A stretch of DNA of 63,904 nucleotides, counting the filler, from Caldilineae bacterium (lineage in GTDB: Bacteria > Chloroflexota > Anaerolineae > DTLA01), in NCBI GenBank assembly GCA_037446815.1. It is 6 parts of 6 records of this genome, joined end to end, with 100 filler letters (N's around TTAATTAATTAA, not from the genome) between each part and the next. Parts side by side here need not be neighbours in the genome. Positions count along the whole stretch, not along the records: positions 48,994 to 61,017 come from JBBIHX010000083.1; positions 61,118 to 63,904 come from JBBIHX010000246.1; 4 more parts are not named here. The stretch is one strand, 5' to 3'. A program made the translations under genes and the position numbers. Below, piece after piece: positions 56,793 through 63,904 of this stretch (positions are counted from its first letter, which is position 1; each line of letters starts with the position of its first letter). Below the pieces are notes generated by a model. That model saw only the letters and a program-made list of their open reading frames with translations. It did no database searches and had not been told where the DNA came from.

Positions 56793-58535
56793 ATGCCCAT
56801 ACGCCTGTTGCCGCCCGAAATCGCCAACAAAATCGCCGCCGGGGAGGTGGTGGAGCGTCCCGCCTCCGTCGTGAAAGAACTGGTGGAGAACGCCCTGGAC
56901 GCCGGAGCCACGGAGGTTCAGATAGAGGCCCGCGAGGGAGGCCGTCGGCTCATCCGCGTGGCCGACAACGGGAGCGGCATCCCCGCCCGCGAGGCCGAGT
57001 TGGCCTTCGCCCGCCACGCCACCAGCAAGATCGCCACGGTGGAAGACCTGGCGGCCATCCGCACGCTGGGCTTCCGGGGCGAGGCGCTGGCCAGCATCGC
57101 GGCGGTAGCGCGGGTCTCCCTGCTCACGCGCGCCGCCGAAGATGAGGTGGGCACGTTCCTGCGGGTGGAGGGCGGGCAAGTTGTCCTGCGCGAAGGCCGC
57201 GCGAGTCCCCGCGGGACAACGGTAACCGTGGAGAACCTGTTCTACAACGTCCCCGCGCGCCTCAAGTTCCTCAAGGCCGATGCCACCGAGTCGGCCCACA
57301 TCGCCAACGTGGTTACACGTTACGCCATCGCCTTCCCCGAGGTGCACTTCTCGCTGGTGCGCGACGGACGCCTCGCGTTCCAATCGCCTGGGAGCGGCAA
57401 ACTCCTGGACGTGCTGGCGAAGGTCTTCGGGGCGGACACGGCGGCGCGCCTGCTGTCCGTGGACCCGGCCCAAGATGCCAGCCTTCCGCCCGACGCCAAG
57501 GTGCGCGTCCAGGGCTACGTGGGTGAGCCTGCGCTCAACCGCTCCGATCGCGACGGGCTGATGCTGTTCGTCAACCGCCGCTGGGTGCAGGACCGATCGC
57601 TGGCCTACGCCGTCATCCAGGCGTACCACACCCTGCTGCCAGAGGGCCGCTTTCCCGTGGCCGTCCTCCTGCTGGAGATGGACCCGTCCGAGGTGGACGT
57701 GAACGTCCATCCCGCCAAGAGCGAGGTGCGATTCCGGAACCCGTCGCTGGTGTTCTCCGAGACCCAGCGGGCGGTGCGCCGCGTGCTGGTGGCCCGCGTG
57801 CCGGTGCCGGAGATGCGCGTGCCGCACCAGGCCCCGCTCCAGGCCGATGCCGAGCGATTCCGCGCGCTCAGCCAACTGGGGCTGGAAGCCCAGCGCACCG
57901 GCGACACCGAAGCCATCCGCGCGCCGGCGTTCCAAGTGCCCGAGCGGCCCGATCCCGCCGCCCGCGCACTCCCACCCCTGCGCGTCCTGGGTCAGTTGGC
58001 GCAGATGTACATCATCGCCGAAGGCCCCGATGGCCTGTACCTGATTGACCAGCACGCGGCCCACGAGCGGGTGATGTACGACCGCCTCATGGCCCAGAAG
58101 ACCGCCGCCCAGACGCCCGTGCAGCAGTTGCTGGAACCCCTGCCGGTGGAACTCACGCCGCTCCAGATGAGCACGCTGGAGGAGGCGTTGGACGACCTTG
58201 CCGCGCTGGGCTTTGAGATAGAACCCTTTGGCGAGGATACGTGCCTGGTGCGGGCTGTGCCGGCTGACATCGCCGGAAACGACATCGCCACGGTGCTGCG
58301 GGACGCCCTCAACGAACTGGGGCAGGAACCGCCCCCGCCCGTGCAGGGCCACCGCGTTACCGCCGTCGTGGCCTGCCACGGCGCGGTGCGCGCGGGCAAG
58401 ATCCTGACCTACGAGGAGATGCGGGCGCTGGTGGAGCAGTTGGAGCAATCGGCGTTGCCGCGCACGTGCCCCCATGGCCGCCCTACGGTGCTGCACCTGA
58501 GCATGGGGCTGCTGGCGCGGGAGTTCGGGCGGTAG
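56793..58535 (+). CDS. mutL: DNA mismatch repair endonuclease MutL
   Basis: IAAGEVVERPASVVKELVENALDA, GFRGEAL, DVNVHPAK, DQHAAHER, ACH, CPHGRP. Confidence 0.97.
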   Translation: MPIRLLPPEIANKIAAGEVVERPASVVKELVENALDAGATEVQIEAREGGRRLIRVADNGSGIPAREAELAFARHATSKIATVEDLAAIRTLGFRGEALASIAAVARVSLLTRAAEDEVGTFLRVEGGQVVLREGRASPRGTTVTVENLFYNVPARLKFLKADATESAHIANVVTRYAIAFPEVHFSLVRDGRLAFQSPGSGKLLDVLAKVFGADTAARLLSVDPAQDASLPPDAKVRVQGYVGEPALNRSDRDGLMLFVNRRWVQDRSLAYAVIQAYHTLLPEGRFPVAVLLLEMDPSEVDVNVHPAKSEVRFRNPSLVFSETQRAVRRVLVARVPVPEMRVPHQAPLQADAERFRALSQLGLEAQRTGDTEAIRAPAFQVPERPDPAARALPPLRVLGQLAQMYIIAEGPDGLYLIDQHAAHERVMYDRLMAQKTAAQTPVQQLLEPLPVELTPLQMSTLEEALDDLAALGFEIEPFGEDTCLVRAVPADIAGNDIATVLRDALNELGQEPPPPVQGHRVTAVVACHGAVRAGKILTYEEMRALVEQLEQSALPRTCPHGRPTVLHLSMGLLAREFGR

Positions 58536-58551
58536 GGGGCGGCCATTCGCG

Positions 58552-58890
58552 TCATTCGCGGCTGCCCGTCCCCTCCGGCGGTTTCCTCCGCCCGTCCCAG
58601 AAGTGGAACAGCGTCAGAATGGGGTGCCGATAGGACATGCGCGGCCCCGCGTACCGCATGACGGCGCGGATGCGCTCGCGCATGGCCGGCTTGTAACAGT
58701 GCACGGGGCAGTTGGCGCACGTGGGCTTGTCCGCCCCGAACCTGCACCGCGCCAGCCGCTCCTCGGCGTAGGCCAACAACTCCTCGCAGTCGGCGCACAG
58801 GTCGCCCCGCGTGCCATGTTGCCCGCGGCAGTAGATGCGAATCATCGCCGCGACGGTCTTGCGCTCTCTTGCCAGACGTTTGGCCCCCAT
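58552..58890 (-). CDS. ygbA: YgbA-family ('nitrous oxide-stimulated promoter') Cys-rich protein
   Basis: REKKT-like start, MIRIYC..H, C..C, RC.FG..KPTC.NCPVHCY, MRYAGPRM..RHP. Confidence 0.85.
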   Translation of the reverse strand: MGAKRLARERKTVAAMIRIYCRGQHGTRGDLCADCEELLAYAEERLARCRFGADKPTCANCPVHCYKPAMRERIRAVMRYAGPRMSYRHPILTLFHFWDGRRKPPEGTGSRE

Positions 58891-58955
58891 CGCACCCCCA
58901 AGGTCGTGATGTCGCCGAATGATAAAACGGCCGTCGCGCCAGCGCAAAACCGCCC

Positions 58956-58984
58956 TTGACGTTTTGCGAATCTTGGGCTACTAT
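58956..58984 (+). promoter_or_regulatory. Sigma70 promoter of the dynamin-like gene
   Basis: TTGACG-17-TACTAT. Confidence 0.65.
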
Positions 58985-59015
58985 GCACCCCGACAAGACG
59001 CACGCCGGAGGCCCT

Positions 59016-60749
59016 ATGCTGCGCCGTATCCTGGACAAGACCCAAGCCCGTATCCTGGCGGAGGAGCGTCGAACGCTCGGCAACCTCCAGGTCGCCCTGG
59101 CCCGCTTCGGGCTGGACCCGAAGGACCAAGAAACGCTCGCCCACTCCATCCAGACGCTGGACGAGTTGTTCCTGCTGGTGGTGGTAGGGGAATTCAACTC
59201 GGGCAAGAGCGCCTTCATCAACGCCCTGCTCGCCCAGCCGATCCTGGAGGAAGGCGTAACGCCCACGACCACCCGCATCAACCTGCTGAAGTACGGGCCG
59301 GAGGTGAGCCGAACCGCCCAGGGCGCGGCGCTGGACGTCATCACCGCGCCGCTGGACCTCCTGCAGGAAATCAACATCGTGGACACGCCGGGCACCAACG
59401 CCATCCAGCGCGAGCATGAGGCCATCACCGAGGAATTCGTCCCCCGCGCCGACATGGTGCTGTTCGTTACGTCCGCGGATCGCCCCTTCACCGAGAGCGA
59501 GCGCGCTTTCCTGGAGCGCATCCGCAACTGGGGCAAGAAGGTCGTCGTCGTCCTCAACAAGATAGACATCCTGGAATCCGACGGCCACGTCCAGGAGATA
59601 GAGCGGTTCATCACCGAGAACGCCCGCGCGCTCCTGGGCTTCACGCCCGAAATCTTCCCCGTCTCGGCCAAGCAGGCCCTCCGAGCCAAGCAAACCGGCG
59701 ACGCGGCCCTGCTGGAGCGCAGCCGCTTCCCCGCGCTGGAGACGTACATCGTCGCCACGCTGGACGAGAAGGAGCGCATCCGCCTGAAACTCGGCAATCC
59801 GCTCAAGGTGGGCCAGCGGGTCATCGGGACGGTGCTGGCCGCGATTGACGGCCGCCTGGCGCTCCTGCAGGACGACATCGCCGCCGTGGAGGACATCTAT
59901 CGGCAGATGCAGGCGTACCGCGAGGACATGCGGCGCGACTTCCGCTTCCGCCTGGCCGACGTGGACAACGTCCTGCACGAGTTTGAGAATCGCGGCATGA
60001 CCTACTTTGATGAGACGGTGCGGCTCGCCCGCGTGTTTGACCTCCTCAACAAGAGCCGACTGCAGGCCGAATTTGAGCGCAAGGTGGTCGCCGACGTGCC
60101 CCAGACCATAGAGCGGCGTGTGGTTGAGGTGATTGACTGGCTGGTGGCGAAGAACCTGCGGCAGTGGCAGGCCGTCATGGATCATCTGGCCGAGCGCCGT
60201 ACCGCCCACGCGGGGCGCATCGTCGGCCAGGTCGGCGGCACGTTTGACTACGACCGCGACCGCCTGCTCCAGACGGTTTGGCGGGAGACCCAACGCACCA
60301 TTGAGACCTACGACCGCCGCGCCGAGGCCGAGCAGGTGGCCGACTCGGTGCGCACGGCCGTGGCGACGACGGCGCTGGTGGAGGTGGGCGCCATCGGCCT
60401 GGGCGCCGTGCTCACGGCCGCATTCTCCACCACCGCGATGGATGTTACCGGCGTGCTCGCGGCCACCGCCCTCGCCGCGCTGGGTCTATTCGTGATTCCC
60501 GCGCGCCGCCGCAAAGCCAAGGACGAACTGCATGGGAAGATCGCCGCGCTGCGCGAGAAGTTGATGGCCGCCCTCACCGGCCAGTTTGACGGCGAACTGG
60601 AGCGAAGCCTGTCCAAACTGGAAGAGGCCATTGAGCCGTACACCCGCTTCATCCGCACCGAGCGCGATCACCTGACCAAGACCCGCCAGGACTTGGGCCT
60701 CATCGCCGAGAACATGGCGCGGCTGGAGGCCGAAATCGCCCGCCTGTGA
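59016..60749 (+). CDS. Bacterial dynamin-like GTPase
   Basis: GEFNSGKS (G1), PTT (G2), DTPG (G3), NKID (G4), helical stalk, hydrophobic hairpin near C-terminus. Confidence 0.88.
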   Translation: MLRRILDKTQARILAEERRTLGNLQVALARFGLDPKDQETLAHSIQTLDELFLLVVVGEFNSGKSAFINALLAQPILEEGVTPTTTRINLLKYGPEVSRTAQGAALDVITAPLDLLQEINIVDTPGTNAIQREHEAITEEFVPRADMVLFVTSADRPFTESERAFLERIRNWGKKVVVVLNKIDILESDGHVQEIERFITENARALLGFTPEIFPVSAKQALRAKQTGDAALLERSRFPALETYIVATLDEKERIRLKLGNPLKVGQRVIGTVLAAIDGRLALLQDDIAAVEDIYRQMQAYREDMRRDFRFRLADVDNVLHEFENRGMTYFDETVRLARVFDLLNKSRLQAEFERKVVADVPQTIERRVVEVIDWLVAKNLRQWQAVMDHLAERRTAHAGRIVGQVGGTFDYDRDRLLQTVWRETQRTIETYDRRAEAEQVADSVRTAVATTALVEVGAIGLGAVLTAAFSTTAMDVTGVLAATALAALGLFVIPARRRKAKDELHGKIAALREKLMAALTGQFDGELERSLSKLEEAIEPYTRFIRTERDHLTKTRQDLGLIAENMARLEAEIARL

Positions 60750-60769
60750 GGTGCGCGCCCCGCGCGGCC

Positions 60770-60970
60770 CGCCCCCCAACCGTCATTCTGAGCCGCGAAG
60801 CGGCGAAGAATCTCGCCGACCGAGGCCCCGCATGGCCACCCCCAGCGCGGCGGCTTTCGCCCCGCGCAGTCCGCCCCCCAACCGTCATTCTGAGCCGCGA
60901 AGCGGCGAAGAATCCCGCCGACCGAGACCCCGCATGGCCACCCCCAGCGCGGCGGCTTTCGCCCCGCGCA
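60770..60970. repeat. Tandem ~102-bp duplication containing family-B half sites
   Basis: 60770-60868 is near-identical to 60872-60970. Confidence 0.8.
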
Positions 60971-61017
60971 ACATGGCCGCATCCCGGATGGGGTCCGCGC
61001 CGCCAACCTAGCGCAGG

Positions 61018-61117
61018 NNNNNNNNNNNNNNNNNNNNNNNNNNNNNNNNNNNNNNNNNNNNTTAATTAATTAANNNNNNNNNNNNNNNNNNNNNNNNNNN
61101 NNNNNNNNNNNNNNNNN
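61018..61117. other. Artificial contig linker
   Basis: N44-TTAATTAATTAA-N44. Confidence 0.98.
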
Positions 61118-61134
61118 TCCCTCGCCCGCAGCAA

Positions 61135-61340
61135 TCTGTCATTCTGAGCGGCGAAGCCGCGAAGAATCTCGCGCACCGATACCCGTCGCTCCGCTCAGGG
61201 TGACAGGACGGACCGGCATTCCCCCAAGGGCTTCTCCCCTCAGCGCGCCGCCCTGCTCCCTCGCCCGCACGGGAGAGGGCTGGGGTGAGGGCCACGCCCC
61301 CTCGCCCTTCGGGAGAGGGCTGGGGTGAGGGCCACGCCCA
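61135..61340. repeat. Family-B and CCCTC/GGGAGAGGG repeats at contig start
   Basis: GTCATTCTGAGCGGCGAAGCCGCGAAGAATCTC; two GGGAGAGGGCTGGGGTGAGGG. Confidence 0.75.
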
Positions 61341-61435
61341 CGCCGACATTGCTTCCGTCGTTCCGCGCCCCCGCTATGCCGGTCGCCAACAACGTTGGGG
61401 CCGCGTTGCGCCCCTTGATAGGGCACGTCGCCGTC

Positions 61436-62410
61436 TCAGCGCCGAACCTTGGCGGGGAGGATGTACGGGTACTCGCGGCCCAACGCCAACCGCATGGCCC
61501 GATCCACCTTGCGGAACGCCAGGTACAACCGCCAGATCATCGCATCCTCGCGGTAGTACGCGCCGACCTCCTTCACCGTGAGCGGCTGGACCTGCGCCCC
61601 GCCATCCCACGCCGCGAAGAACGCGTTGACCGCGTCGGTTACCGCCGGAACCCACTCATCCCGCTGCTCCTTGTAGAAGTTCGCCACCAGGTCAACCGCC
61701 ACCTTGCGGAAGTCGTAGTACCGCGTCATCACATCTTCCAGGAACAGCAGGCGGAGAATCCAGACGAGAAACGACGGGGCGCTGCGCAGGAAAATCTCGG
61801 GGTTCAGTTGCTCCACGCCGTTGCGGCGCATCATGGGCGAACTGGTGTCAAAGTAGGCCAACTCAAGGGGGTCGGGCAGGCGCGGCTCGCGGGCGTCAAA
61901 CCCCACAATCGCCCAGTTGGATATCTGAATATCCAGGCCCAGTTCCAGTTCCCCGCGGTGCTGGCGGTTGAAGTCAAAGACCTTCTTGGACTCGGCCAGC
62001 ACCGCTTGCACCAGCCGCCTCACATCGTCCAGCGGGAGCGCCTGCATCGCGCGGTGGCCGATGGCTTCGGGGGGCAGTTTCTGCTGCGCGATGTACACCA
62101 CCACCCGCCCACTGCGCCGGTCCACGAACCATACCGCCGTATCGGGCACCACCCGCAGGCCAACGCGCCCCAGCGTCTCCACGTAATCCTGATGCAGCGC
62201 CACGTATGCCTGGGCCTCTTCCTCCATGCGGAACATGGGCAGGCGCTTGTACGCGATCTGCCGTTGGCTCTCGGTGCCGATCTCCAGCGTGGTGCTGATT
62301 TCCCCGTAGCCCAGCACCTTGGCGGGGATGGCGCTGCGCTCGGGGTAGCGCGGGTCCAGGCCCGCTTCAAACGCTCGGAGCAGGTCCAGGTCAATGTCCA
62401 GGCTTGTCAT
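61436..62410 (-). CDS. DUF6206-like protein with protein-kinase-like motifs
   Basis: LGYGEIS, AYKR, LDIQISNW, YFDTS; ATGA overlap with the upstream aminotransferase. Confidence 0.7.
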   Translation of the reverse strand: MTSLDIDLDLLRAFEAGLDPRYPERSAIPAKVLGYGEISTTLEIGTESQRQIAYKRLPMFRMEEEAQAYVALHQDYVETLGRVGLRVVPDTAVWFVDRRSGRVVVYIAQQKLPPEAIGHRAMQALPLDDVRRLVQAVLAESKKVFDFNRQHRGELELGLDIQISNWAIVGFDAREPRLPDPLELAYFDTSSPMMRRNGVEQLNPEIFLRSAPSFLVWILRLLFLEDVMTRYYDFRKVAVDLVANFYKEQRDEWVPAVTDAVNAFFAAWDGGAQVQPLTVKEVGAYYREDAMIWRLYLAFRKVDRAMRLALGREYPYILPAKVRR

Positions 62411-63684
62411 GGCCGCCCTCCCTGGAGAAACGCTTCCACACCCGACAGGGCCGCGTCCACGCGCTGGAGAATCTCCTCGGCCAGCGGGCGGTCTATGATG
62501 AGCGGCGGCAGAAACTGGGCCACCCGCGTGTCGTTGTAGGCGTACACACACAGCAGGCCGGCGTCGTAAGCAGCCTTGGAGAAGATCGGCCCGCAGTACG
62601 GGTTCACCATCTCAATCCCCATCATCATGCCCAACTGGCGCAGGCGCACCAGCACGGCGGGATGCCTCTTGCGGAGCCGCGCGAATCCCTCGGCGAACAC
62701 GGCGGCCATATCCTGTACATGGCGCAGGAATGCGGGGTCGGAACTGATTTCCAGCACCTTGAGCGCCACCGGACAGCCCACCTCCGCCCCGCCAAAGGTG
62801 GAGATGTGGATGAACGGGTCGGCATGGAACACGCTCTCCAACTCCTCGCGGAAGCAGGTGGCCGCCATGGGGTAGATGCCGCCGGACAGGCCCTTGCCGA
62901 TGACCATGATGTCCGGCTCCACCCCGAAGTGCTGGATGCCCCAGAGGTTCCCCGTGCGGCCCAACCCCGTCTGAATCTCGTCCACGATGAGGAGCGCGCC
63001 CGCCCGATCGCACAAGGCGCGGACCTGGGCAAAGTAGTCCCTATCGGCGATGGGCATGCCGGAGGTGGCGGGAACGGTTTCAAAGATCACCGCCGCCGTC
63101 TCATCGTTCACGGCTTGCTCCAGGGCGGCGATGTCGTTGAACGGGACCTGGGAGAAGCCGGGCGGCATGGGGCCGAAGGGCGCGCGGTACTTCTCGTCGC
63201 CCGCGGCCAGGGCCAGGCCGGTATGTCCGTGGTAGCCGCCCTTGGCCGAGACGATATTCGGGCGGCGCGTGTATCCGCGCGCGACTTTGATGGCCAGGTC
63301 CACCGCTTCCCCGCCGCCGACGGCGAAGACCGTGTACGGCAGATTTCCCGGGGCCAATTCTGCCAGGCGTTGGGCCAGCGCCGCCCGCTGCTCGCTGATG
63401 AGGTGATGGTTGCCGATGTCCAGTTCGCGCAGGCTTCGCTCCAGGGCGGCGATGATGTCGGGGTTGCGGTGGCCCAGGTTGAACACCCCGCCGTTGCAGT
63501 GGCAATCAATGAGCCGCTTCTCGCCCGACAGGTCCCAGAGGTAGGGCCCTTCGCGCTTGCCCAGGGCAAAGTCAATGCCGGCCTCGCGGAAGAAGCGGAC
63601 CTTGCCCGAAGAGACGTGCCGCGCGAAGAGGTCCATCACCTCGGCCTTGCTCCGCGCCCCCACCAGACCACGAGTCTCATCCAT
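62407..63684 (-). CDS. Class-III PLP-dependent aminotransferase
   Basis: NLGH, GGGEAVD, GGYHG, IVDEIQTGLGRTG, IGKGLSGG (PLP Lys), STFGG; AAGGAGG RBS. Confidence 0.92.
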   Translation of the reverse strand: MDETRGLVGARSKAEVMDLFARHVSSGKVRFFREAGIDFALGKREGPYLWDLSGEKRLIDCHCNGGVFNLGHRNPDIIAALERSLRELDIGNHHLISEQRAALAQRLAELAPGNLPYTVFAVGGGEAVDLAIKVARGYTRRPNIVSAKGGYHGHTGLALAAGDEKYRAPFGPMPPGFSQVPFNDIAALEQAVNDETAAVIFETVPATSGMPIADRDYFAQVRALCDRAGALLIVDEIQTGLGRTGNLWGIQHFGVEPDIMVIGKGLSGGIYPMAATCFREELESVFHADPFIHISTFGGAEVGCPVALKVLEISSDPAFLRHVQDMAAVFAEGFARLRKRHPAVLVRLRQLGMMMGIEMVNPYCGPIFSKAAYDAGLLCVYAYNDTRVAQFLPPLIIDRPLAEEILQRVDAALSGVEAFLQGGRP

Positions 63685-63864
63685 GGCGTTCCCTCCTTTG
63701 CCGGTGTGCCTAGGACCGAATGCGCAGACGTACCGCACTGCCGAGACGCGGAGACCGCGGTGGGAATCCACGGCACCCTGCTGCAGTCTCGGCGCGCTTG
63801 CGGCGAAGGCGCATTCCCTGTGCGCCTATCGCTGCTTGCCGAGGTGCCATCGGCAAGCCGAGGA

Positions 63865-63894
63865 ATTCTAGCCAAAGCCCGCGCCCCCCGTCAA
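63865..63894 (-). promoter_or_regulatory. Candidate sigma70 promoter
   Basis: Minus strand TTGACG-18-TAGAAT. Confidence 0.5.
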
Positions 63895-63904
63895 GTCGTG
63901 AAAA

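Noticed and set aside
56266..56874. ORFs with repeated 'VILSGEAAKNL' peptides (also 1786-2073 and 60746-61069)
   Set aside because: Translations of the family-B DNA repeat, not proteins

Overview
GC-rich bacterial DNA, most likely a Chloroflexota (Anaerolineae-like) draft genome; the taxonomy is inferred from gene content and protein style. The window is not one locus. It holds six unlinked contigs (1-12210, 12311-24484, 24585-36696, 36797-48893, 48994-61017, 61118-end) joined by N44-TTAATTAATTAA-N44 linkers and ordered by decreasing length, plus two internal 100-N scaffold gaps. Contig 1: gatB, gdhA, a pstSCAB1B2-phoU operon, an M14 carboxypeptidase and two PH-domain membrane proteins. Contig 2: a three-gene atypical heme-copper oxidoreductase of gNOR type (Asp in place of the helix-VI His, no CuA ligands, an unannotated 34-aa subunit), divergent from an htrA-hspR-eRF1-like-clpC-rtcA-(rnz) cluster. 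Contig 3: an anion permease, a Cys-rich clan GH-A-like secreted protein, metK with a SAM-I riboswitch, a PrsA-like foldase, a hybrid histidine kinase, rluD and an acetamidase-family gene. Contig 4: dppA, an octaheme cytochrome c / Tat-4Fe4S / NrfD module with two small membrane ORFs, a MacAB-like exporter and a NarL-type two-component system. Contig 5: mazG, pyrFE, pyrD, pyrK, a disulfide oxidoreductase, a nucleotidyltransferase pair, mutL, ygbA and a dynamin-like GTPase. Contig 6: a class-III aminotransferase coupled to a kinase-like DUF6206 protein. Intergenic regions carry many modular REP/MITE-like palindromes. No rRNA, tRNA, CRISPR array or transposase was seen.
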